Origin: the human T2T-CHM13v2.0 reference genome, Homo sapiens
Reading direction: 5' to 3' (one strand)
Assembly (NCBI RefSeq): GCF_009914755.1
Contig: NC_060936.1
DNA length: 64,000 nt
The notes below the pieces were generated by a model. It did no database searches and was not told the DNA's origin. It saw nothing but the letters and a program-made list of their open reading frames with translations. Shown piece by piece: positions 1 to 14,798 of this stretch (its first letter is position 1; every line of letters begins with the position of its first letter). The position numbers and the translations under genes were made by a program.

Positions 1-240
1 GCCACTTATTTTTTGCTATGTTAGTCTGCATAACTGTTATAAATGTACCATCTTTTCTAGAGTCCAGACATTATTTATTTTATGGCTTTAAAATTTTCCT
101 GCATAGCTACAATCCTGTGGTGTGTCACCATAAAGGTGGACCCTGTGTGAATGAGAAAATTCAGTTATAAATTGTAATAAAACCTGCTTACTGGATATCT
201 TACCTTATTTTCATGAAGAAGTTGAAAAATGGTTTTGTGC
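1..240 (+). terminator. Probable 3' UTR end and polyadenylation site of an upstream + strand gene
   Basis: AATAAA at 176-181; upstream TGTA (44-47, 173-176) and TTATTTATTT (71-80); downstream T-rich and GT-rich elements (~198-240); repeat-free UTR-like sequence. Gene not identified. Confidence 0.4.
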
Positions 241-2128
241 CTGGCAGGAAACATACTATGTATATCCAAACAGCAGAGCCAAACACAAAAGATTGCTAGG
301 TGTGCCTCAGGAAGAGTTTACTTGTGGCCTAAAACTTCAAGAAAAGCTAGACATTTGGGGTCGGATCTATGATGGGGCCATAACCATTTGATGAGGATGC
401 TTAGAATCTGTGCTTCATTCACCGTTTTTCTCCCACTGACAACACCTGTTTAGTGTTGGATGTTTGATTTTTCTGGCAAAACTTCTATATGATCAGTGCC
501 AAGGGGCTTTGTGGAATTTCTTTAAAGGTCTTTTGCCTTTCTATTGTCACTGTTTTGAACACTCTATTTCTCAGTTACTGGGAGTGGGGAGGCAGTTGTG
601 AGGCATGAGTACCTGTGAAATTGGAAAAAGTTCTGAGTTACTGCTCGCAAGTGACTAATTATGAGAAGGCTGGAGGACAGCACAAACATCTCTGGAGTGT
701 GCCATGAAACCTATTGCCTTATATTTCAATCTTCCATATTGCAAGTAGGTTGATAAACATCAGGAGGCAATTATTTTTGGTTTTGTTTTGTTTTTTTACG
801 ATGACTGACATCATTTATTTATTGAGTTTATTGTGAACCAGGTTCTCACTCAGCACTTGTATTATCTCATTTAATTTTCCCAAGAACGAAATGAGCAAAG
901 TACAATGATGATAGGAGGTTCCCCTCCTGATTTGTGAGTCAAGAGGCATTCCAGGAATATCCTAGCTCTTTTTTTTTTTTTTTCCCCCCGGGAGAGGAAT
1001 TGGGAAGAGCAAATTGCTGCTGAAAATTTCTACATTGATCCAGACAAACAAGTTAGAGCAGGCTGAAAAAGAACCCTTGGTGTTTTTACTGCTGTTCAAC
1101 CAGATCAACTGGAAAAGTATAGATACCTTAATTAGCACTGTGCTCTGTGGGATTCTGGTCAGCCTGGCCCAGTGGTTTTTTTCCCCTGAACACGCCTGAA
1201 AGGGGAGCTCATAATGACTGCTGTGCAGGTGGGCGGGGAGGGGGCTTCCTATTTGATTTAGTGGCTGATCAATGCCAGTTACCAATTATTGGTAGCCCCA
1301 TTTATACATGGTGGAAAAAAAGTACACTTGTCTAAATTATCCTCACCAAAGCCTGGAAGAATATCCAGTGTTTTCTCCCAATGTAGGGCAATTTAGGGCA
1401 TTTGTGAGGATATTTATTATTGTTGTTGTTGAAGAATATGGTATACAAGACTTATATATCCCCAAACTCTGAAAATATTTTGACCTCAGTTTCTGTTCTG
1501 GGCAGAGATGAGGCAGTGCAGTTTTTCATGACCATTACAGTGAGCAGTGGTGATTGCTTTTTAGGGACTTGGAGATTTTTTGGAACTTTGGATAGTGGAG
1601 AAAAAGGCAGTTCAGCTTATGAGATGAGAGGTCTTTTTTGGTGTGTCAGTAAGAAAGTCTTGACTTCATAATAATTATGTAATCCAAATAGGTAACAGAA
1701 TGGGACAGTTGTTTGGGAGTGTTTATTTTCTTGGGAAGGATTTTCTCTGCTTTTAGAAAATTGTACCCTGTTAGGAGGGTAGGAGACAGAGACGTCATCT
1801 TCGTCAAGTAATCCAAAGGATGGAATGTCCTGAGACCAGGCTATGCCCTTCTCAGTTGTGAGTTTAGGCACGGGGTAGGTGGGGTTTGAGTGGCTGTGGT
1901 TATGTCTAACAGCTGGGCTGAAGTCTCCGTCTTTAAGTCGTCCTTTCTATCCTTTAGAGCAAAACAATGTTCTTGTAGGCCTTTCATTTACTTAAGAGGT
2001 CTTCTGTATTCTCCTTTCCCAGTTTTTTTAACTTCTTAGAATTTTAAAGCTTGAAACCACTTTTTAGATCACATATTATGGATTTTATGGAAGACTTTCA
2101 GATCCAGAGGGGCTGGGAGATTTGCATG

Positions 2129-2132
<4 letters not shown>

Positions 2133-2164
<32 letters not shown>
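2133..2164. repeat. (CA)16 microsatellite
   Basis: Perfect CA run read directly. Confidence 0.97.
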
Positions 2165-2166
<2 letters not shown>

Positions 2167-3791
2167 CACACAACCCAGCCAATCAATGACAGAGTCAGGA
2201 TTCAAACGCAGATATTTTAGTCTTAGGATTACTATTTGTAAAAGTTGCACGCTCCTACCCTTTGATAAAATTGCCGAGACTCTTCTTTGCTTTCCTGCAA
2301 GTCCTACAGTTCTCTTAACATCATATATTTCTTCCGCTGGGATTCAGAAGCCAGGCCTGTGGAATACCCTGTGGGATAATTACAGTTCTTGGCCTCCTCT
2401 ACCCGATTCTGAAAAATCTGCCTCTGCTGGATTTCATGATGTCTTGATCCACATTAGTTTTTTGTTGATTTTAACTCCTTAACATTTCTAATCTGTTTGC
2501 TGTTTTAAAATCCAAAACCTCCCATCCATGCTGTTTGATGATCTCATTTCTACCTCCACCAGATGTGACACACACCCAGCCACAATGCCTGGGCGACTGC
2601 CCACCCTCCCATCCTTACCAGCAGGACCCATTCTTGCTTTTGCCCATTCATGGGCATAAGGGGTAGTTAATTCCTGCCTTACTTTCTCCCTTTCCTATCA
2701 TAAAGTTGCCCTCTTGACTTATCTAACACAGCCTTTCTGGCCGCATGATACTCCAGTGAAAGAGGATAATTATACTCTCCTTGAGTTGGGTAATTGAATG
2801 ATTTGGACTACCTTAAGATTAAATCTCTTTGTATCTCTTTTTGGTTCCATTCAGGTTGTGAAGCAAGTAACCAGCCCCAGATGCCACACTTTTGTTATGG
2901 GCATTTTTTTTTTAAATCTACTTATTTTTTAAGTATGGCAGGCTCCTTTTTCAGTGTTAAGTTAACCTTCATTTGCACGGAATAAAAATGCCCTCCATTC
3001 CTTTGCTTCTGCTGCTGTATGTCTGTAAGTAAGAACGATTCTGTGAGAGTTTTGTTTCATTTCTTCATATGCATGGTTCTTATATTCTCATCTTCACATA
3101 TTTTTGATTTTTCTAACTTTTCCTCTGTGTGGCTTGAGTTCAGGTGACTATTACTATGGTAATAAAGGTAACAAGTATTGTTAGAGTGGCCTCTAAAAGT
3201 CCTGGAGTCCCCAGTGTCTGAAGTCATGGAGCAGAGCTGGCTTTTCCTATCTACCCCTTCCTGAGCTTTGTCAGCAAAGGAGGCTGGATCAGCTAAGTGT
3301 GCCACAGAGAATAGGACTTACTTCAATAAACATGCATTTGTAAAGATAAAACTAACTGCTTTTACAGACAACTCTCACTTTGACCCACATCCTTAACTTA
3401 TAGGCATTCTGACTTGCCCTAGATCAGAAGTGCATTTTGTGATGTATTATTCACGTGGCTTTGCCTCTCTTAGAGAAAGGCTTGCCAGAGTCCTAGTGAG
3501 AGAAAAGGAAATATCGCCAGCTGCCTTCTTCTCCTGTCTCAGCATAAATGCCACCCAAGGAGCCCCCTTGCCATGGTGGGGTGAGACTTTTTCGCCAGTT
3601 AAACCATCACACAACTTCATAAAATTTTCCTACATCTCCCCAGTTTCCGGTTTCCTACAGTGTTAAAGATAAAAATTTGTTTGTTTTTGCTAAGCATTTT
3701 TTCCCTTCTGTTAGTTTGGTATCCTTTTTCCTGTTTAGTGTTTGGTCCAGAATGCTGCTGTGATCTTTAACATTCAGAAAAAATCCATGTT

Positions 3792-4110
<319 letters not shown>

Positions 4111-4554
4111 GGCCATGTTATTTCTACCCAGAGAAAGTTGTTTGACTTCCCATTTTAACATTCCCCCTTGCCATCTTGATGAACTTGACCCATCTTAGGT
4201 TTCCAGCATAGCTTGTTTCTCTTCATTTTTATTTCTAGGTTGTGGCCATCAATTCTGTATTTGGTCAGAAAGTGTCTTTGTATTTTGCATATTGGATTAG
4301 AGCATCTGCTCTTAATTATCTGTAGGAATAAGAGGCAGAGAGACTGGGGAATAGTAGAAGCCCATAAACACATCTAGCCAATAGTTTCAACTTCCTCCCC
4401 ATTCTGTCTCCTTTGCTAGAACCACTGACAGAAAAATCAGCTGCTTCTCTGTTCTCTCATTTTATTTTCCTTGTCCATCATGTGATAGGGATGTTAATAT
4501 GCAACAAACTGGCTAAAAAAATATCAAGAGAGAAAAGTAAGGGAGATGGAGCAT

Positions 4555-4741
4555 CAGTAGTGTGTGGAGGCTCCTGAGAGTCAATTACTAAAAACTGAGA
4601 GATTTTGTGAGCTCAATCATTATGCATAAATTATTGATAGATTGAATCAGCCATGGTGGGAGTATTACACCACAGAAATAGGCAGATGCTATAAATTAAG
4701 ACTCTCCGCCACCAGATAGCTGATTTAACAACATAGCACTG
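4555..4741 (+). mobile_element. hAT DNA transposon fossil (MER63-like)
   Basis: CAGTAGTGTG...AGCACTG ends; internal GGGAGTATTACACCACAGAAAT resembles recalled MER63 consensus. Confidence 0.55.
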
Positions 4742-5174
4742 ATCTAGGTATTATGTCCTCCTCAATAATTGAGACCTCATTAGGGTAAGATCAGTTTATT
4801 TGTAGCCTCTTTTATACCAAGCCCAGTGCTTAGAGCAGAATAGGAGTGAACAATTCAAGGAATGATTTTTTTTTTTTTTAATATGTGTCAATCTTATATT
4901 GGGTTACATTGTCTTCTACTATGGATCAGGCCATCTCCTGATTCTGTGTCTTTTTCTAGTTACTCTGGGGTATCTGTAGCTACCTTTTCAATTTCTTAGT
5001 AGGAAGGTGTTAGGCAATCTCAACATCATGTGATCATTGTTTACAACAACTCAGCTCTAATAGATCAGGGCCTCTTTTTTCCTTCTAGCTTCGTTCATTT
5101 ATCTCATTAGTTTTCTCTTTTTTTTTCTTCCTCCCTCCCTTCTCACCTGCTTTCTCCCTCCTTCTCTCCTTTCT

Positions 5175-5850
5175 GCCAACGTTTATTGAATGTCTACTGT
5201 ATTACTCAACAGTAGGAAGTGTTCTTTCATTGAGGGAGCTCTTACAGACCATGAGAAAGGATGGAGAGGATGGGGACTAACATTTATTAAACAGTCTAAT
5301 ATATCCCATTACCCTGCTTAGCCATTGCATTTCATCTTCACAACAACCTGATGAGGTATGTATGACCCTCATTTATTCCAAATGAAACAGAAACTTAGGT
5401 CAAATATCCTGCCCAGTCAAGTAGGGAAGTCATGAATCAAACCCAGGTTCTGCATCTCAGGATACCATATTGTATAGGAGCTGTAATTACATGAATAACT
5501 TATTGTAAAATGCATTGTTAAAGGCAGTGTAGTTACTTTGCGGACAGGGTGCCATTGACCTGCTTTGAGGGTTTATGAAGACAAGCCCCCAGAGGAAGGT
5601 ATCTTGTGTCTGAGTGTTAATAGACTGGAAGGAGTCCTCAGACCTGCTGAGTGGGGAAGATCTTTTGGCTGAAAGGTTGAAGAAGAGGGTAGAGATGAGG
5701 CTTCTGGGAGGTGCTGTCTGAGGGTGACTTGGGGCAGATCTTGCAGGCCTGGCTGAAAACCTTGGAATTTATCCTGAGGGCAGTAGGGAGCAGATGTCAG
5801 CTTTTTAAATGGAGGGGAAAACAACAGAACTAAGTTTGTGTTTTATATCA
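5175..5850 (-). mobile_element. L2 fragments with embedded MIR (~5270-5470)
   Basis: CAACGTTTATTGAATGTCTACTGT L2 3' end motif; MIR core-like sequence. Confidence 0.5.
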
Positions 5851-7368
5851 TCCCTCTGGAGGTCCTTTGGAAAAATGGCTTGGAACAAAGCAAGGGCGGA
5901 GAGAGGGAGACCGGTTAAGTGTTAGGTAGGAGGGAGGTAGTCCTTGTGAGAAGATTGGAGAGAGAGTCAGAGGTTGACTCTTTCCTTCCTTGGCTGCAGG
6001 CTCAGATTTGCCCTGGAGTATGCGGCTTTGAGTCACACAGATTGCACGCTTCCCTTTGAGGAGCGGCTTCCACTTTGGGCAAGTTGGGGTAACTGGCACA
6101 GATTCTCTTCTCAGGAAAGCAAGAGGTCGCGGTGCAGCGGGCACAACCCTGAACTAGGAATTGGAAAACTTGGGGTCCACTCTGGTTCTCTGACCTTGGG
6201 CCAAACATTGAATCTCTGTTATCTGTAAATTGAAGAGCCTGGAGCCTTCAGGATTTTTGGTCCCTTCCAAGGAGGTCCCATCTGCCCAGATGTGATAGTA
6301 CATTGGGGTGGGAGTGCTCAGAGGAGAGGCAGGCTCCACCTATCAGTGGAGTCTCAGTTTCTACGTAGATTGTAGTATAGATTTTACCTCTATGCTATAA
6401 TATATTCTCATTTATTTTGAAAATATACTTCCTTCTTAACTCTGGGTTTTGTTTTTTTTTTTTTTTTCACAGCCAGCTGTTTTTTATCCTGGTTAGAAGA
6501 ATTTTGTGTTTTCTTTTAGCTATGGATCTTTGAACATTACCCTATGATCGAAGAGTTTTGAGTTGGGTTTTTAGATGTTGGTTGTCATGGAGAAACAGGA
6601 ATCTGGTGTATGCCAGCCATCATCATCGTCATCATAACCCTTTGGATGAATTTTCATTATCAAGGGATCTGGAGGGCTGTCTTCGCTCTGCTTCCCAGCT
6701 AACAAACAGATGTGTTCCCAGAAGATGATGGGCATAGGGTGTGTTTTTGCAAGTCATTTTTCCCATTTACGTAGATTATTCTTATTTCCAATTGATCCTC
6801 AATAGATAAGAGTGCCATTGAGCTTTATTTTCATCTGTCAGGCAATTAAGAAAAAAGTAAAGGAAACAAAAAAGCTATAATATACTAAGGAAATTCTTAG
6901 ATTCTTTGGTAAAATTAAAAGAATCTTGGTGCATGAATGATCCGGCCCTAATCTATCCATCTTGCACATTTGGGTTTTCCTGGATCTCTCTTAAAGTGGG
7001 GCACATCTCTGGTCTTGATAGTCAAGGAGGAGGGTTGGGGTAATCAGATGTCTCAAGCAGAGGTGCATCATTGAGCCTGGGTAATGGCTGAAAGTCCCCC
7101 AGATATCCAGTTTGAAGCTGCGTTGGGCAGGCCATGGGATTTATTACGTCCAAGGCGTGACAGGCAACCATTCTATAACAGACCAACTCTTGGGCTTCCA
7201 GAAGACTGAAAAAAGCTAGAACATTTACTAATGCCAGGTGTTGCATTTGACACTTTACAAGTATGACCTCACTGAAAGTTCCCCACAAACATCTGAAGTA
7301 GATTCTGCTTTTATCTCCACTTCAGAGACAAGGAGATTGACACTTACACAGATTAAATGATTTAATAG

Positions 7369-7884
7369 TGTCGAAAGACAAAATCACAACAATTTCTCTT
7401 AAAGATCTTAATTACCTTTATTTGCAATTCCAGAATTGGGTAACACTTCATTCCATAAAATAGAGTAAGTGTTCCAATTAGCTAAGCAGAAGAGGTTGGT
7501 TTTACAGCCAGAGAGGAGTAGAAGAAAGCAAAAAACAGAACCCAGAGTGGATTGGTCCTTTCAAAGTTAAGTTCCTTGTAAGGTGGGGACAGGGAGACAG
7601 AACAATAGAAAAGTAACTGATTGGTTAACATCAGGTTACTCCAGGTTACTTTTTTGTAAGGATTACAGTAGAGGGAACTTAATTATCATGCTGATTGAAA
7701 CTAGCCTGCTTGGGAAATTAGGCTGTTACCTCTCTCCCGATTTCTCAGAGGGTCAGATAACAACCTATTTTCAGTTTGGTAAAAATCTCAGCTTGAGTGA
7801 CTCCATTTTGATTAAATTAGATTTTTGGGGTCTAGTGCAAGACCTTAGTCCAAAACAATGACTTTCTATAATTTTTATTTAACA
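7369..7884 (-). mobile_element. ERV1 solo LTR (MER67-like) inserted in a MIR
   Basis: TG...CA ends; reverse complement begins TGTTAAATAAAAATTATAGAAAGTCATTGTTTTGGACT, like MER67; MIR halves on both sides. Confidence 0.7.
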
Positions 7885-8218
7885 GGAGGGAAACTTGAGA
7901 TTTGAATTCAAGCCACTCTGACTCAAAAGCCATGGTTTTCTCACTCTTTTGTTCATTTTCTCAATAAGCTTGCAAATGCTTTTAACCTCTGATGCCTGCA
8001 GCCAGCATGTACCTCAATATTGTCTGCTAGTCACATGTAGGTAATATTTCATCATGTGGTTAATACTAAGAGGGCTATGACCTCTTAATAATGATGCATC
8101 TTAATAATGATGCTATTTTGGGACTTTGATTTCAGAAGTAATGCAAGATCTGCCTAAATCCTAATTATCCAGCTTGTAAGAGTCCCTGACATCTGAATTT
8201 ACACCTTTTCTTCCCTTC

Positions 8219-8536
<318 letters not shown>

Positions 8537-8619
8537 TAGGTGTCTATCCAGTGCAACCATAACCCACAAGCTCTTCCCTATCACTCCTTTCCTTTCTCTG
8601 GAGGTAAATTTTATAAATG

Positions 8620-8995
8620 ATGTGTCCATCATAATAGCCATTTTACGTTGCAGAACAAACAACCCCAAACTCTCGGTGGCTTAAAACAATAAAGATTTCT
8701 ACATCTATACACATCTGTCATAATCACCAGGGAGGCTCTTTTAGCCACTCAGAACCAGGCTGATGAAGCAGCTGCAGCACCTCCTCAAACAGCTGGTCTG
8801 AGGTGCTGAGCTGATGGGCAAGGAGAATCAGAGGATCTCTTAGTGGTGTTTAAATGCCCTGTCACTTCTGCTCCTGACAGATTGGCCAGAACTCTGTAAA
8901 ATAGTGCCACCCAACCATAAGGGGGCCAGGAAGCACAGTTCTCCCCTGTGCCAAGAAGGAGAGAAACAGAAATGTTTGGTGAGCGGCATGGTGTA
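8620..8995 (-). mobile_element. Old MLT1 LTR fragment
   Basis: AACAAACAACCCCAAACTCTCGGTGGCTTAAAACAATAAAG is MLT1-like. Confidence 0.45.
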
Positions 8996-9218
8996 ACCAC
9001 CACATATACCATGCCATATATATCCTGCTTCCTTCTTTTTTTCTGCCTAGCTTGGCAAATCTGACTTCACGTAAACTTTATAGAACATGTACAGCCTCTT
9101 TAATTCCATTTCTCTTTCGCCTTTGTCTTCCAAAAGTTTTTCAGGTACTGCAAAACAGTGTCTCTCCTTCGTGTAAGCCAAAAGGAAAGATCTCAAGCCT
9201 TGAAGTGAAATATACATA

Positions 9219-9579
9219 ATTCATCCCTCAGTATCTTCAGGGATTGATCCCAGGACTCCCGCCCCTGCCCCCTCAAAAGCCCTGCCAAGGATACCAAAAT
9301 CTGAAGATGCTTAAATCTCTTATATGAAACGGTATAGTATTTGCATATAACCGGCATACACCCTCACATATACCTTAAATCATCTCTAAATTACTTAATA
9401 ATACCTGATACATGTAAATACTATGTAAATAGTTGTTATACTATATTTTAAAGGTTTGTATTATTTATTAGTATTGTATTGTTATTTTTTATTGCTTTTT
9501 TTTCCCTCCCCCAAATATTTTCGTTCTGTGGTTGGTTGGATCCGTGGATGGGAAACCCACGGGTGCAGAGGACTGACCA
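9219..9579. mobile_element. MER2 (TcMar-Tigger) fossil
   Basis: ATACCAAAATCTGAAGATGCTTAAATC and GTTGGTTGGATCCGTGGATGGGAAACCCACGG match recalled MER2. Confidence 0.8.
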
Positions 9580-10298
9580 TATTAAAGAGTTAGGGCTACT
9601 AACCTCAAAAAGTTTCTGAATGACCGGAAGTTCTTCTGATCTTCACAAACATCTCTTGGGTTTTCTCACTTGCTAAAATTAAATCTGTCTTTTCTCCAGT
9701 GTCAATATTCAAGATAAATAAATTAGGTTCACATTCACTCCTATTGTTTACTGTTTTGCTAAATTGGCTATATTTCAATAATATTAAATGGTATTATTTT
9801 CTACCAGTTTTTAATCAGACTTGAAGCTTTTCAGGCACATTAGAGAGTAAATGGACTTTTGTGTGATAAATTGGGTACCTAATCACCAATTTTAATTTAC
9901 TTCTGAGGAAAATTCTATTGTAAATTCCAGACAACTGGTTTGCAAACCCTGCTTTAGAATGCAACCTCTTTCTAGGATGAGGCCTTTTTCTGTAGCAAAT
10001 TTCTGTATAACGAAAATACCAGAATAAATGCTGGGTTTTAATGGACAGTTATGCTCTACTACATTCATGAAAAATGTACTTAATTTACAACTCTACTGAA
10101 CACAATTCAGTTTTTTCCTTCGTTCAGTTTTTTTTCATTTCAGTTTTTCTACTCTAACCCAGATTGAAACTTTGCATTATCTTTAACTTCTCTGTCTTTA
10201 TATTTATTTCCTTCATTTATTTAGTTATTCATTTTTTCAATCATTCATTCACTCACTCATTCAATAAATATTTACTGAGCATCTACTTGTTGTAGTCA

Positions 10299-10640
<342 letters not shown>

Positions 10641-10852
10641 ACATAGTCCCCGACCTCAAGGAGATTCTGTATAGCAGAGAAACACACAAGCCAGCATGCC
10701 ATGATACATGGTACAATAAGATAATGGCTGCAACGGAGGTCTCTGCAAAGAGCAGCTGAGCAGAGAAGACCTATCTGGATCTGTTTGAAGGAGTCAAGAA
10801 AGAAATCAGAAAGGAGGCAGCTTTTCATCTGAGACTTAAAAAATCAGTTGGT

Positions 10853-11285
<433 letters not shown>

Positions 11286-11467
11286 CTAGGAGATAACCCT
11301 AAGTTGGTGGGCAGGGAACTGAGCACTCAGGGCTTTGCCTGCCTCTCAAAAGAGTTTGTATTTTATGTGGGAAGTGAAGGAGCTATCGAAGGCTTTTGAA
11401 CAACAGAGTGACCGCATCAGATTTGGTGGCAATATGGAGGCTGCTCTGGAGGGACGTGACCTGAGAT

Positions 11468-11925
11468 CAGGGCTTCTGAACTTTATCCCTAGACTTGCAA
11501 GGGACCCATGGATAAGATGTCTGGGATCTGTGAACTTGGATTGGAAAAAAGCGTTATACTGTCATTTTCACTATCCTCTAAACTGAAATTTAGCATTTCC
11601 TTCAAATAAGAATCTAGGCAACGGATCACAGTAGAATTAACAGAAGATGTGAGTTTATCACCAGTAGAAATGCTCTGATAGCATATTACAGTTGTTGTAG
11701 GTATTTCAAAATATCTTTTACACTTATCACTAAACTGAAATTATTATAGATATTAGACTCACTGCCATAAATTGTTACTTAATGAATTAATAAAGAACAT
11801 ATATAACTGTGTGACAAATATAAAAAATAATTTGATATTTACATTTTAATATAATGTATCTTTTGTTTTTATTTTATGATTTAAGCACAGTATTCTGAGA
11901 AGGGGTCCATAAAAAAAGTCAAAAC
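11468..11925. mobile_element. hAT-Charlie fossil (Charlie4a-like)
   Basis: TATTCTGAGAAGGGGTCCAT and AACTGAAATTTAGCATTTCCTTC resemble recalled Charlie4a. Confidence 0.55.
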
Positions 11926-12048
11926 TCAACACACCAGAGGATGTGAGTCAAAACTCACATCACCAAAGGAACGTGATCGTTGAGGAGGTCAGTGTAGCCT
12001 AAGGCAGCAATGGGGAGAAGGAGGAAGAGGAGTTGGAAGAATTTGTGA

Positions 12049-12373
<325 letters not shown>

Positions 12374-13423
12374 TGACAGAGTGAATTTGTTGATAGATCA
12401 GGGACATAAAGCAGGGGTAGGGGTACGCATAGACCCCATTTCCTCCAGCAGTTTTCTGGCTGGAGCAGAATGCTTATGCTTGCCACATGTGTTCCTTTCT
12501 TCCCAGTGCTATCATTATTTACCGTACAGCATGGTTTAAAACACGGAAAACATCCATCCTTTGCTTCCCTCCTCTGTGCCTGCCAGTCCTACACCTTTCT
12601 CAACTCTTTTAGTGTTATCTTCTCCAGCTAGACTGCAGATTCTGGGCAGGCAGTGCCTTGCAGTCTGCGACCCCATCATATATTTTTCACAGTTGATGTT
12701 GAATACATGACTGATAGATTTCAAAGGCATTTCCTGTTTTGAGGTCACCATGTACACCATATTCTAGTTACAGAAATTATACCAACCTTGACATTCTGGG
12801 AATTTTTATTTTAAATTCCCATGGGTTCTATCATTTGTCTTCTCATAAAATAATACAAAATGTGCAAATAAAAAAATCCATATGCTTGGGCTTCCTGATT
12901 GTTTTTATTAAAGTGAGTTTAGTGATGGTGGGTTAAATAATGCTGTAATCTTAAGCCAGAAATTGAGAATATGGATTTGAAATGTCCCCATTCCCTTTTT
13001 TTGTTTGTTTTTGTTTTGTTTTGTTTGCTGTTGCATGTTCTTGGCAGCAGTGGTTGATGTCAGTATTGTTGCCCATGTTGTAGACTGCAGATGTTGCAGT
13101 GTAGCTTAGTACTTTGGTTCGCTTGCTGAAATTCCTCACTGTGCTTCTTATGAGGTCCAGGAACATATAGATTTGCAGTCTGATGTATTTTGATGATTGC
13201 CAGATAAAACTGATGTCTGGCACTTTTTCTAGGAGAAACACATGTAGACGTTTCCAAGTTGATTTGTAGGGACTTAGTGTTATTAGAACTTTGTGGCAAA
13301 ACTTTTTCTCAAGTGGCAGAAGAAATAAAGGAACTTCAGTTTTGAGGGCTGTTAACAGCACTTCCATTAGTGGCAAAGCTGAGATGGTTGACAAAGTACT
13401 GGATTGTTGAGATGGACCTTCCA

Positions 13424-13700
13424 GGCCGGGTGTGGTGGCTCACGCCTGTAATCCCAGCACTTTGGGAGGCCAAGGTGAGCGGATCATGAGGTCAGGAGTT
13501 CGAGACCAGCCTGACCAACACGATGAAACCCCATCTCTACCAAAAATACAAAAATTGGCCTGGTGTGGTGGTGCGCGCCTATAATCTCAGCTACTCAGGA
13601 GGCTTGAACCCGGTAGGTGGAGGTTGTAGTAAGCTGAGATCGCGCCACTGCACTCCAGACTGGGTGACAGAGCGAGACTCAGTCTCAAAAAAAAAAAAGA
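13424..13700 (+). mobile_element. Alu (AluSg-like) with ~17-bp right-arm deletion
   Basis: Dimer; GGAGGC|TTGAACC junction lacks TGAGGCAGGAGAATCGC. Confidence 0.93.
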
Positions 13701-13966
13701 ATAAGCAAGTACTGTATTTGGACTTTTAAGCATTACTGATACAGTAAAATACAGTTTTAGCTACCGACGCAAGACTAGCACCCAAGATTTTAGAAAAAGG
13801 CACTTTTTCCCTTTTATTTTCCAATAACATTTCTCAATCTGGTAACCAGAGAGACTACTCTGGGATTAATTTGAGTCTGATTGCTGTTTACTGTTCTAAC
13901 AAGAACAGTTTTTTTGGAGAGGAGAGCAGAGTTTAGGAGAAACGAACTATTAAAAGTTAGCTTCCC

Positions 13967-14258
13967 GTATGGGCGTGGTGGCTCAGGCCTGTAATCCCAG
14001 CACTTTGGGAGGCCGAAGTGGGCGGATCACGAGGTCAGGAGATCGAGACCATCCTGGCCAACATGGTGAAACCTGTCTCTACTAAAAATACAAAAATTAG
14101 CTGGGCGTGGTGGCACGTGCCTGTAATCCCAGCTACTCCGGAGGCTGAGGCAGAAAGAATCGCTTGAACCCAGCAGGCAGAGCCGAGATGGCGCCACTGC
14201 ACTCCAGCCTGGGCGACAGAGCAAGACTCCGCCTCAAAAAAAAAAAAAAAAAAAAAAA
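13967..14258 (+). mobile_element. Alu (AluSc-like)
   Basis: Dimer with A23 tail; perfect TSD AAAAGTTAGCTTCCC. Confidence 0.96.
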
Positions 14259-14629
14259 GTTAGCTTCCCAGTGTACACATGAAAAGTACAATCCTTTTCT
14301 TCATTTATATTATAATTATTTGAAGAGCAAATTAGGTATTGTTAGTGAAGAAATGAGAGTGATTACCTGGTAATATGATGAGTTACTTTTTCTTTAAACT
14401 TACTGGCTTTTCCCTTAACACTAATGGTCTGGATAACAAGTTTTTACTTGTTGGCAGTGCAGTTTAGCCTCCGAACACTCTTGGAACAAAATGACTAATT
14501 TTTTTTAACGCTTTATTGAAATATAAATTTTAGGAGAGTAAACATTTTCGATTTGGAAGAAGTAGTTACGTTACAGACCTTCAAATCCAGCTTGTTCGGG
14601 AGACTTGACATTTAATCACTAGGCTAATG

Positions 14630-14798
14630 AAGCGCCAGAAGAGAGAGCTTTTATGGTTAGAAAGGGAGGTGTTTTTTAAAAAAAAAACAAACGAACAAAC
14701 AAAAAAAAAAAAACAAGGCTCAGCCCGAGATACTGGAAGCGACTTGACCTTGATTTACATATACAAGGAACGGAAATGAATTAGCCCGGCTAGATATT
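14630..14798 (+). repeat. Local duplication, copy 1 (CpG-intact)
   Basis: Shares CCAGAAGAGAGAGCTTTTATGGTTAGA and GGCTCAGCC.GAGATACTGGAAGC.ACTTGACCTTGATTTACATATACAAGGAAC with 16762-16896. Confidence 0.95.

Noticed and set aside
2051-2482. 143-aa ORF with an HT repeat
   Set aside because: Runs through the (CA)16 repeat and probable MIR-derived sequence; no homology recognised
2555-2572. CTCF-like motif CCACCAGATGTGAC (also near 15213 and 27465)
   Set aside because: Several mismatches to the core; cannot be supported without PWM scoring or ChIP data
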